NCBI GenBank assembly: GCA_964270895.1
Contig: OZ185438.1
Strand: one strand, 5' to 3'
From: Podarcis filfolensis
Lineage: Eukaryota
DNA length: 64,000 bases
The notes under the pieces are model-generated. The model saw nothing but the letters and a program-made list of their open reading frames with translations. It did no database searches and had not been told where the DNA came from. The translations under genes and the position numbers were made by a program. Position 1 is the stretch's first letter, and the number at the start of each line of letters is the position of its first letter. Below are positions 11,906 through 23,528 of this stretch, one piece after another.

Positions 11906-13019
11906 AGTAGCCACAAGTAGTCCAGGAGCTTTCTCCTCTTTACCTCCACACAAAGTTACCTCCAGGGAAAATGTGGGACTCCAGTATTGGTCAGGTAAGG
12001 CAGTCGTGAGGTTGGTACAGTACAAATGCATTGACGCGTTTGCACCATGTTGACCTTGCCCCCTCCTCTTTACTTCCCAGTAAACAGCATTGATGCAACC
12101 AAGTAGAGGTCAGGTGAGAACTGTTCACCATCTCCTCTTCTGCTGCCTGAATGCCCAGCTAGTTCATGGCATTCCTGGGCCATTTGATTGCCTAGGACCT
12201 TGAATGTTGTTCTCTATATGCATTCCCATTCTAAAATGTGAAATAAATTTCAGCAGTGTAGGACAGATTCATTTCATAACCAAGTATGGCTACCAGCTTG
12301 GGATATCTAATGTGAAGAATGTCAGCCATTAGGCTTGTTGTGAGCATTTGAAAATATATGCTTCCAGATATGATGGTTCTTTGGGTGCATTTGAGAGCAC
12401 CCATCACCACTACCTTTCTCTCCCTGAAGGGCCTGCAAAACCTACCTGAGGCAAGACATAGGGAAGGTGGCGGCAGCAAATGCAGTGGTGAGTAATCCTG
12501 TTCTCTGGCAGTGTGCATTCCTATGTGTCGGGCTGGGGTTTGTGGCTTCCAGAAGGAAAGGAATGTCTGAGGGATAGTAATTGTGAAAAAGAGGTAGCAG
12601 AACAATTTGATGCCCTTCACATTTAAAAGGGAACCTATCAAATTCACAGTCTACAAAATAATATGTGAGCTATAACCATCCTTCAGATTCTGAACTTGTC
12701 TGAATTTTGTAATGCAGTTCTCTAAATAATGTTTACAAAAATGCATACAGTAGGGTAAATTGTGCATGAAAATGCTTTTATTGGTGAAACTAACAAGGGA
12801 AAACACATTATATTTTTAAATCTCTGGAATACAGACATTAACTGAAGGAGTGCTATTTTTAATGTAAATAAGTTTATAGAGAATTTTTATTTACATCTAC
12901 TTCTTGATGTGGATGTGGCATATGTTTGCTGTTGCTAACTTTGCTGTCTGGTCTTTGACCGAAATAAAGATTGATTGAATGCAGTATATTAGGAGAAATT
13001 GCTTTGCAAAAAAATTTAT

Positions 13020-13183
13020 AGTGGGGGAAATTGCATTAAAATGTGTATATTTGAGGAACTTCACACTAACATACTTATGAATTTTCATGAGGACTTTAAA
13101 CGTTAGACTGATCTGAAAATGCACAGAACTAAACTGAAGACTGGAAACATAAGAAACTGAAATAGACAGATCCGCCCATCCCT
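13020..13183. repeat. Dispersed repeat, unclassified and probably DNA-transposon-derived
   Basis: Reverse complement shares TTTCCAGTCTT(C/A)AGTT and AAAGT(C/T)CTCATGAAA blocks with ~36645-36740. Confidence 0.45.
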
Positions 13184-13224
13184 AGGCTGGAGTACTTTCC
13201 ACTAGCATCACTGCCTATGATCAC

Positions 13225-13432
13225 ATTTCTATCCCATCTTTCATCCAATGAACTGAAGATGGTGTACCTGGTTCTCCCCTTCCCAATTTTCTCCTCACAA
13301 CAACCCTCTGGCGCAGCTTTGGCTGAGAAACAGGGTAATTGGCTCAAGATCACCCGTTGTGGCTAAGTGAGGACTTGCACTCTGGTCTCCCAGGTCCCAG
13401 TCCAGCAACTACTATATCACACTGCCTCTCTC
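13225..13432 (-). mobile_element. tRNA-derived SINE (MIR/Squam3-like), old copy
   Basis: CCTCACAACAACCCT and GGCTCAAGATCACCC blocks homologous to 52306-52554. Confidence 0.6.
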
Positions 13433-15777
13433 CTGCTTCAGGCAAGATCCTAGAGAGGCAGAGGAAAATGGAGGAAGCAAAGACTCCTGATACAGACCCA
13501 TTACTCACATTTTCATAAAATGTGCATCTAATATGCATGTCTGCTCTGGGAAATTAAGGTGGTTGGTGGCCGACTCTTTACCATCCTAGAGCTTTGCAGA
13601 GCACACAGTCACCCTATAGCATTTTTTTAAAAAAAAACACAACAAATTTTTTAAAAGGTAGAAAAGGGCAGGAGATTTAGGATCCAGTTCCAGCAAGTGA
13701 GTCCCTAACAACAACCCTAGCACAGGGACTCACAATATGTTTTATGATTGCTTGCATAGAATCCTCATAAAAGATTGAGCCTCTTTTAGAGCAAGTGTAA
13801 GGATGCTCATGCATCCCTGTCGACACTGAAGTCAGCACACTAGCTGATAAAAAATAGTCTGATTTTAATTACAATTGGAGTATGAATTCCAAGGCAAGGG
13901 AGCTCAAGTCACAATACAATTAAGTACAGCGAGTTTGGAAAATAAATATTTTAGCTCACTGCTTTCTAACTTTGATAGCATATTTAATGCTTATTTTAAA
14001 TTTGTTTCCAGCAGTCTTTTATTTTGGGTTCTCATTCCCCTGGTCTTCTCCTCTTTCAGTCAACTGAATGATTTCAGTGGTATCATCAGTACCGCTTCAT
14101 CACGGGACCACAGCTGATTCTTTGGGTCAGGACTGCAGGTTGTGTGTATCAGTTTCAGCGTTCTTTTTAGAGCTAGTGTTTTAGTTTTCAAAAATGCAAC
14201 TGCTGAGACTGCAGTACAAAGGGACTGGGTGACTTCTTAATACTTTCTTCTTGGGTTGTCTCCCTGTTGAAAATTGCCCCCAAGATATAGGTCCTGGGAG
14301 GACTATGCACGTAGGACATTATTTGTGGCAAGTCCTCAGAGGAACAACTTCTGCTTATATTAAACAATATCTATAGACTAATTTCACTTAAATAATAATA
14401 ATACAACACTCTTTTTATAGCATACTATACACCACAAGCCTATGAATGTTTACTTCAAAAGAAGTCTCACTGGTTTCAATAAGATTTATTCAGACATTAA
14501 GAGTACATAGAATTGCAGTCTTAAGCACATTAAAATGAAGAATAAAAATACAATTGCACAGTTATACAGTGCAGTGCTGGCATTTGCATTGAAACATCTA
14601 CCTGGAACATAAGCATTACATCAGAATATGTGGTATTGTGTTAGCATAATAGTCAGTAGAACACATCCTAAGTGTTTATTTGCTTGTGCAGGAATTATTG
14701 CAATTAGTCTCTAAGCAAGTAATAAAACCTTGCTAAATTTTCATGTGACTGATCTCTTCCTTTGGACAGTGGTACCATTGGGACCATATCCAGCCACAAT
14801 GATATGTACTGTGTATGCTGCACACTTTTAGGCTGTCTGAATTTAAAAACAAAGAAAAATCAAACAAAAAGGTAATTAAACCCATTCTCCCCTTCCACCA
14901 CGCCCATCCTCAGTTCCAAAGGTTTAACTAAAAGGTCAACTGGCTCCCCTTGGCTTTCTCTGAAGTGATCTTCCTCTCTCTGCTAAGAAATCGTTTCTTA
15001 GTTGTTGCTTTTTCGCTTTAAAAACCATCATGCATTAGACTTCCCAAGAGGTGCCCTCCAGCTAGACATTCTGAGATAGATACATTGTGATCTTTACCTG
15101 TGGCTGTAAATTGGTTCTAATAGCACCTTCTTTACATGTCAGATCTGCCTCACTGCACTGCTCAGGAAAAAAAAAGGGGGGGAGGGAGGGAAACACTTTA
15201 CAAATAAAACAAAAACAAGAGGAAGATTGCAAATACGCAAGCCTTTTGCCTCTTCTCGAGAAAAAAGATGACAACCATAACTGACGGCGTGAGATAGATC
15301 TGACATCTCCCTCTTTTAAAAAACACACACCATTCTATTTCAAACATGCATTCGTTTAATACATTGAAAGCTGGATGGAGCCTCAGTGGTAGAGTGGGCT
15401 CAACAATCCAGACCAGGCATAACGTAAGGCTGGCTCCAGACTTCAGAGAGCTGTTGGCATGTTACCACCATAAACCACCTGCAAAGCCACATGTCCAATA
15501 AACTATTTTTCCTTCTGCCCACTCCCCATGCGACCACTCCCCATACGCCCTGCTGTGCCTTCGCATCCTTCATGCTTTCCTGGTGTGTTCATACTGGTGA
15601 CCGGGGAGGAGAAGAGAAAATAGGGCTGTGCTACAACCTGTGCCAAGGGTAGCAAACCTGGTACCTTCCAGGTGTTGCTAGACTCCAACTCCCATCAGCC
15701 CCAGCCAGAATGGTGAATGGTCAGGGATTATGGGAATTGTAGTCCAACATAATTGAGCAGGAAACAATATTGATTAT

Positions 15778-16414
15778 CCCTGGCAAATAGAAGGGGAAGA
15801 AATGGAGGCAGTGAGAGATTTTACTTTCTTGGGTTCCATGATCATTGCAGATGGTGACAGCAGTCACAAAATTAAAAGACGCCTGCTTCTTGGGAGCAAA
15901 GCAATGACAAACCTAGACAGCATCTTAAAAAGCACAGACATCACCTTGCCAACAAAGGTCCGTATAGTTAAAGCTATGGTTTTCCCAGTAGTGATGTATG
16001 GAAGTGAGAGCTGGACCATAAAGAAGGCTGATCGCCGAAGAATTGATGCTTTTGAATTATGGTGCTGGAGGAGACTCTTGAGAGTCCCATGGACTGCAAG
16101 AAGATCAAACCTACCTATTCTGAAGGAAATCAGTCCTGAGTGCTCACTGGAAGGACAGATACTGAAGCTGAGGCTCCAATACTTTGGCCACCTCATGAGA
16201 AGAGAAGACTCCCTGGAAAAGACCCTAATGTTGGAAAAGATGGAGGGCACAAGGAGAAGGGGAGGACAGATGATGAGAAGGTTGGATAGTGTTCTCGAAG
16301 CTACCAGCATGAGTTTTACCAAACTGCGGGAGGCAGTGGAAGACAGGCGTGCCTGGCGTGCTCTGGTCCATGGGGTCACGAAGAGTCAGACACGACTAAA
16401 CGACTAAACAACAA
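15778..16414 (+). mobile_element. RTE-clade (BovB-like) LINE, 5'-truncated
   Basis: ORF 15802-16407 with ITLPTKVRIVKAMVFPVVMYGSESWT, FELWCWRRLL and LQYFGHLMRR; 3' end GAGTCAGACACGACTAAACGACTAAACAACAA. Confidence 0.95.
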
Positions 16415-16747
16415 ATAATCCTTTGGGGATTGCTCTGCATATGATTTTAAGAGGACCCACTTTAAAAAAATTCAAATTAGGATGAATTTCAAAGGCAGCA
16501 TCAGAGGCCACAGATCAGCATGTTTTGAGACTGTGGTACCACACTAGGGATGTAAACTGTGATTACCTCTCCCATGGAAGCCTGTACATCTGTGAAGACA
16601 GCTAGGCAATGCTTGCTACTCAATTGCATTTCCTGGGATTCTTTGGGGGTAACCTGTGATAGTAATTCAGCATAAAGTCAACATGTTTATTGCATAGAAT
16701 CTAAGAGCAGCCATAAAACTTGTCCACTGCACAACAACTATATTCAG

Positions 16748-17104
16748 GGTAAGGTAAAGGTAAAGGGACCCCTGACCATTAGGTCCAGTTGCAGACGACT
16801 CTGGGGTTGCGGCGCTCATCTCGCTTTACTGGCCGAGGGAGCCGGCGTACAGCTTCCGGGTCATGTGGCCAGCATGACTAAACCGCTTCTGGCAAACCAG
16901 AGCAGCACACGGAAACGCCATTTACCTTCCCACCAGTGGTACCTATTTATCTACTTGCACTTTGACGTGCTTTTGAACAGCCAGGTTGGCAGGAGTAGGG
17001 ACCGAGCAACGGGAGCTCACCCCGTCGCGGGGATTCGAACCACCGACCTTCTGATCAGCAAGCTCTAGGCTCTGTGGTTTAACCCACAGCGCCACCCGCG
17101 TCCC
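16748..17104 (-). mobile_element. Sauria SINE, full length
   Basis: Minus strand begins GGGACGCGGGTGGCGCTGTGG, has B-box GGTTCGAATCC and ends in an (ACCTTT)n-like tail. Confidence 0.95.
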
Positions 17105-20100
17105 ACATAGTTTAGGGTACACTCATGCAAATCTAGCATTTACTCATTTTAAGAAAGGTGAATGTATTTACAAATGTGGTGGGCTGCATGAAAGGAGGGA
17201 CTCTATGAATTTATAGTATGAAAGCACAAGATAGTAACTGATAATGCATTTGATTCTTCTCCTTAGTCATTACTGCTTTGGTCCAATACCTTTTATAACC
17301 CAGTTTCCCAATTCTCTACCTTGCTTATTTAAAATCTACACAGCCAAACCTTTCCCTTTCTGACTACATGAATCATACATTGTACAATGGGGTTCCAAAA
17401 TAGGTGATGTGATATATTTTTCCCACTGGGTCAATGCCTGCTAGTGTAAAAATACTCAATGTTTCTGGCTCATTGCATGTACTTAGCAATAAAATTAGTG
17501 TACATTTCCTCAGGGGCATGGTCAGGCATCCTTATTACGGAATGGGTATGCAAAGCCTATTTAGATAGGTAAAGAGTCGGGAATCAGAGCAGAACGGGTA
17601 ATAGTAGGGTTGGTTTCAGAAGGAACTGAAGGAAGAACGTTAGTATCAGGGCTTGCTAGGACCATTTTCAAAAGTGAAGTTTAAATCCATTTCCCATTTC
17701 ATAGAAGCTTAAACTCAATGAAAACTCTGGACTAACAAACAAATGCAATGTTTAAATTGCTTTCTACCTTGCAGTAACAGCATTCACAAATGACACGTTG
17801 GCTGAGTTCCCAGGCAGCACTAAGCCAAACTAGAGCTAAGAATGAACTTGCAAATGTGTGGACTCCCAGGGAGAATAGCCCAGCCTCTCTACACCACTCT
17901 GATTTAGCTGCCAAGATGTGCTGAGCTAAAAAGCCTAAGTTTTACTCAGCATGTTGTCCATACTCAAGCTCCTGGTTAAGCTCTCTCCTTCTCAACCACA
18001 AACCATAGCCAAGACTTGTTGAACTTCAATGTGTTCTTAGGGTTCATTTCTAAAGGTAAATGAACTTCCTCTGCATTAATAGACATCGGATCACAGCAGT
18101 GGTGGAGGAGGAGAGCAATGGTCAATTTGCCTTAGGTCTTCCTGCTGTTCTGTCTTTCCCTTTTGCTCCCTCCGTCTTCATGCTGCAATTACATTTTGGA
18201 GAGTTTTGCAGATTGTCGTTATAGGACAATCTGTCTCCTGCCCTTTGCGGCTGGGTGGGGAGCTGAACACTTTGATTAAACCCTTTTTGGACTTCAGTGT
18301 CCCATACTTTTCAGCTGTGACAGTTTAATTTCCAGACTGAAAACTTTTCTGAATCAGAAAATGCCAGTTTTCTGCATTGTCACAGGTAAAAATCAAAGTG
18401 TTCCCATTTATTTCCAGGAGCAGGTTAGCTGTCTGAAGACTCCCCCCCCCCCGGCCTCTTTATTTTTTATTAGTTCTCCAAAGATTATTTCTCAGTATCT
18501 AAGACTGCGAAGGCTGCAGTATATAAATTACCACAGTCTATGGTGCAGGCACATTCTCTGTAATTAAATAATAAAAAATCATTACAGTCCTTTCATTTAC
18601 AAAGCATCATTGCATTGCGAGGGATTTTGAAATTGTCTTACAAGTTTTATATAAAAGAATTTGCTTCACACACTGCTGGTGTGCAGGTCTTCTGGAGATG
18701 GAACACCTTGGAAGTATCAACCAGCACTATACCATATAAAGCAAGTAAATAAATATTAGCCAACGGAAGGTACTAAGGATGTGCAACATATGGCCCACAT
18801 GTAGGTGACTAGCAGTTGGTGGGATGGAGTTGGTAACAGACTGAGCATGTCTCTGGTGCAAATGTCACCTCAATCATTGATTTACTAAATGGCCTTCTGC
18901 TGCTAAATGTACAGGCTCCATTGTACATGGGCTATTGGTGGAGGTGATGGGGGAACCACACTGATTGCATCTGAGCATGACAAAATAATACTAACAGGCA
19001 ATTCTTCGTGTTTCACACATTTCTCATGAATTAACATCTTTATTCTCTTTTTAACTTATATTTTTAACTCACTGAAAGTGGAACTAGTTAACTTAAATTA
19101 ATTTTAAATGCAGCTAACTTTTAACTTCAACCTATGCTTTGTCATTAGCTTTTCCCCTGACTCTGAAACACATTTACCTTCCTGTTCTGGCAAGAGGTGG
19201 TGGAACTTCATCTCCCCACTGCCCTGACTATGTGCCCTGACTAGGGCCACCAAATCCCGTGTCCCCATAATGCCTCCTCAGTAGTCTCCTCTGCTTGTTT
19301 GGCTGCTCTCAGTAATCAATATCTAGCAGGGGGCGGGAGAGAGAGAGACTGGTCGTAGAACGTTGGTGGGGAAGCAACTTGGAAAGAAGAGTGATACAGC
19401 ATGATCCGTCCATCAGGTATTTTAGCCAAACAGATATAAAGGCAGGCACTAACATTGCTCTCCCGGGAGTCTGCTGTGACAAGACATATTTGAAGGATAC
19501 GAGGCAGCTAAAGAGTTGCACGGCAACATGACAAATGGATGCATCCTCTAGAGGCTGGAGGGGCACAGGTGACTAGCATTCCATCACTGGTTTGATGTCA
19601 GCCTATTAGACTGCACTACACTTGGAAGGAAGAGGACTATGTATATCTTGAAGCTAAAGACAAGCACTTCATGCCAACAAAATCTACAGACTGGTACTGG
19701 GCAGGGTGGGTTTTTAAATGTCCTTTAGCTATATGGCATTTTTGGCTGGAAAGTTTTAACAGCTGAAGTTCTAACTATGAATGGCTATAGGAATTCCTTT
19801 CTGAAGTGCAGTTGATAAGCTGGTTACTGGTATCACCGTGTCAACTGGCAGTCAGAATTGCACTGCACATCAGACACATGGCAAAATGCATGGCGAAATG
19901 AAGAACTGGATCAAAGGAGGAGGGCAGTTCCACAAACATTTTAGATAATGTTGCCAGCTACACAACCAAATCTGATTGGCCATGTGGCACCATGTCAGAA
20001 CCGTGTTAATCATGTGCTCCCTGGTTGGCTGGGATTGGGCCCCGATTGGATAAGGCTGTGGACATATTTACTTTGGTCTTTTTGTCCTTGGGCTTCCAAT

Positions 20101-20598
20101 GCTAATATTAATTGCTGATTTTAAAAAAAATGCTGTGCAACAAAAGTCCTTAATTTTAATTATGTGATATGACTGGCCGGGATCAGAGGGGAAGAAGGAC
20201 ACCATGCCAAAATTGTATATGATGGCTGTGCAGCAGCAGAAGGGAAAACAAGAATGATGCAGGGAAGCAAAAATTACTAATTAGGATGTGGGGGAGCTGC
20301 GACCCCCCCCCCCAAAGCCCACCTTTCACTCTGAAAAGTTTTAACAGAAATCATCTGGCACAGCACTAATAAAATGGGCCTCTGTATCAACCCAGCATAT
20401 TGACTGAGCAATATCTGGTAAGAAAAATATATACTGTGATAATGGCGTGTTTCATCATATTTATATTGATGCAAATGTAATGTGAATGTACACCATCATG
20501 TTGCACCAGCTGTATGTGCCAGTGCAGTGAATCCTACAATTGTCACTTCAGCTGAGATGATGTTTGCATGTGGAACACAAAAATAAAATTAAGAACTA

Positions 20599-21281
20599 CA
20601 GTGGTACCTCGGGTTAAGTACTTAATTCCTTCCGGAGGTCCGTTCTTAACCTGAAACTGTTCTTAACCTGAAGCACCACTTTAGCTAATGGGGCCTCCCA
20701 CTGCTGCTGCGCCGCCAGAGCACAATTTCTGTTCTCATCCTGAAGCAAAGTTCTTAACCTGAAGCACTATTTCTGGGTTAGTGGAGTCTATAACCTGAAA
20801 CGTATTGTCAGGGAACTGACATCGGAGCCAGTAGTGGAGGCAAGGCTCCCAAGCGATGCCGGAGAAGGGCCCAGCAGGGAGAGAGGGGAATCATCGGCTG
20901 GGGAAGGAAATCAGCGTAACACCAGGGATAAAGGGGGGCAGATGGAGGAATCAGAGAGGGGGCTCCAGGACTCTTCGCCGGAGACCAGCGGGGAGAGCAC
21001 AGGTCCTCCGCTACCCACACCCACCCTGCGCAGAAGACTTCCGCGCAGGGAAAGTAGGCGTAGACTTGGCGTCAAAGAACTTCTTTGTTGGAAGAAGTTC
21101 AAGAAATGCCCACTGACGGATTCTGCTAGCGACTGAACAGCCACGAAGTGAAGGGCTGTCCAGCCAGGAAAAGGTTTAACCAGGCAACCTAGCCAGGAGT
21201 GGCGGCAACTTACACACGAGCAACCCCTTATAACCATTACACGTATGTAACCTGAAGCGTATGTAACCTGAGGTACCACTG
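20599..21281. mobile_element. pogo/Tigger-like MITE, family 1, interrupted by a solo LTR
   Basis: TIR CAGTGGTACCTC / GAGGTACCACTG; TA TSD; homologous to 25955 and 61760. Confidence 0.92.
20806..21241 (+). mobile_element. Solo LTR (436 bp, probably Gypsy-type) with long open frame
   Basis: TGTCAG...AACCATTACA ends; 5-bp TSD CGTAT (20801-20805, 21242-21246) taken from the host MITE's CGTATGTAACCTGA repeat. Confidence 0.88.
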
Positions 21282-21825
21282 TATTGTTGTTCATCTTTTT
21301 TTTCTTTTTCTTTTTCTTTTTTTAAAAATCCCCAAACAGCAATTCATATTAGCATTAGAATCCCAAGGACAAAATGTAAGCATGTTTAGAGTATCCCCCA
21401 GTAAGAAGAATCCACTGATTTAGAAAAGAAACAAATATCCAAAAGTCTGCCATGACTGGGAGCAGGATATATAGTTTGGAAAGCCCACAAAACATTGAAA
21501 TCAGGCCCGAGTAACTCATGACACACCTATGCCAGTGGTTCAATAAACCACTTGCTTTGCAACCTGTCTGAGAGACTGCAAAAGGAGAGATGTCAAGCAT
21601 TGAGCAAGCTACAACACAGGGCTGGAATGCTGAGTTCATCTTGGTGAATCACCACTTGTACAGGCCTCATGTGAATGAATCCCAGGGAGTTTCCTATGCC
21701 ATTTCCCGGACTAAACTTGCATGCTGGGTGCCATTTGTTAAAACAAATAATACATAGACAACAATAGATTAAGCAGCAACAAGTTAGCAGTTTGTAGCAG
21801 TAGTAAATTTCTGGTAGTAAGCAAT

Positions 21826-22240
21826 ATGGTGCAGTGGTTACAATGCTGGCCTAGAACCTGGGAGAACAAAATTCAAATCCCCACTCACTCCACTGGGCGA
21901 CCATGGGCCAGTCAGCAGGCTCGTCCACATCTCTGTTTTCCTTGCCGCTTTCCCCTGGGGGAAACCGGTGGTTTACCACTGAATTGACCAAACAACAATC
22001 TGGTTTTCTATGGATTGCCCTTTGTTTCTGAGTCAGTGGTAAACAGTGTGTTTTCTGCAAAGGTCCTTGGACCAGTGCTTTCCAGGCGCTGGTTAAGTGG
22101 AAGTGTGGGTGAGCCCACTATCTCTTACGAACCTACCTCACACGGTTGTTGTGAGTAAAAAAAAAAAGTGAAGAGTATGAGACGCACATATGCCACCTAG
22201 AGCTCCTTGGAGGATAGTGGGCCATAATTATTATAATAAA
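21826..22240 (+). mobile_element. tRNA-derived SINE (MIR/Squam3-like), interrupted
   Basis: A-box TGGTGCAGTGG, B-box-like TTCAAATCCCC, CCTACCTCACACGGTTGTTGTGAG core and ATAA tail. Confidence 0.7.
21918..22115. mobile_element. MITE, possibly PIF/Harbinger-like, inserted in a SINE
   Basis: Imperfect TIR GGCTCGTCCACA / TGTGGGTGAGCC; splits SINE sequence GGGCCAGTCA|CACTATCTC. TSD is not clean. Confidence 0.5.
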
Positions 22241-23172
22241 TAAATAAGAGAAATGCAATCTAATGACATGCAACCAGGGTTTTTTTTTACTTTCTACTAT
22301 ATGGGGAAAAGATGCAAGAAACTGAATTTCCAGGGAACAGAGGACAAGGGGGGGGGTGTACATATGATTTGTTTGTTGTTTTGTTTTGGGATACTTTTGT
22401 TCTCCTCTCACATGTATTCAGATTCAAGGGTAACCAATCAAGGGTAACCAGCCTTGAAAAATCCTGATTTCCAGTGTGGGTCCCAGGCTTTCAAATGCAC
22501 AAAGACTCAACCTTCTGCCAGTGAGTCTGCGAGCAGTTAAGGGGTTGCTCACAGCCTCCATGTATGGTGCTAGTTTGTTTTGCCTCTTGCAATACCTTTA
22601 AAAAGAGATAACTGGGCACAGCAATATGGATGACAGCTTGACTTCAAATTGGAGAGCAAAATCTGTGAGCATGGGAGGAAGAAATAAAGCTTTGCCCTTC
22701 AGATAAGACAGTGTGCCCTTCCATAATAAGGAATCCTGATGGAAGCCTCCAAGAGAGCTCTCTTTAGTCTCTCCCTCCCCATCTCCTTCATCATCCTCTG
22801 GCCGTCACAGTCCTTGGAATTTTATTAAACCAGTTTTTAATCTCTTTACATTGCATGTAAAAAGCTCTGCACCCCGATGCCTCCAATGAATGAGCAAGCT
22901 ACCAAGCTTTTACTAGTTCATAAAAGTGCTCCTCTGGCAGCAGTCTCCTCACACTGTTCCCTCCAGCATGACCTCTGTGAGCAGCTCACTGCTCTCCTTA
23001 AGGTGTTACTCTGCATCTTCTTAAGGTGTGTGCAGTTCTTTTTGTCTGTTTGCTTGCTTTAAAGATGGGCAACAATGAAGATATTGACACCAGCAATCTC
23101 TGCTTCATGGAACTTAGACCCATGCAAACCAATCATATTAATAGTTATTGGTGACAATCAGCTATGTTCTTA

Positions 23173-23528
23173 AAGGTAAAGGTAAAGGGACCCCTGACCA
23201 TTAGGTCCAGTCGTGGCCGACTCTGGGGTTGTGGCGCTCATCTCGCTTTATTGGCCGAGGGAGCTGGCGTGCAGCTTCTGGGTCATGTGGCCAGCATGAC
23301 TAAGCCACTTCTGGCGAACCAGAGCAGCGCACGGAAACACCGTTTACCTTCCCACTGGAGCGGTACCTATTTATCTACTTGCACTTTGACGTCCTTTTGA
23401 ACTGCTAGGTTGGCAGGAGCAGGGGCTGAGCAATGGGAGCTCACCCCATCGCGGGGATTCGAACCGCCGACCTTCTGATCGGCAAGTCCTAGGCTCTTTG
23501 GTTTAACCCACAGCACCACCCATGTCCC
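23173..23528 (-). mobile_element. Sauria SINE, full length
   Basis: Same family as 16748; 11-bp direct repeat CTATGTTCTTA at 23162 and 23537 (8 extra nt at the 5' junction). Confidence 0.95.

Noticed and set aside
17775-17833. Possible terminal exon after a good acceptor (TAFTNDTLAEFPGSTKPN*)
   Set aside because: Too short, unrecognised and without supported upstream exons.
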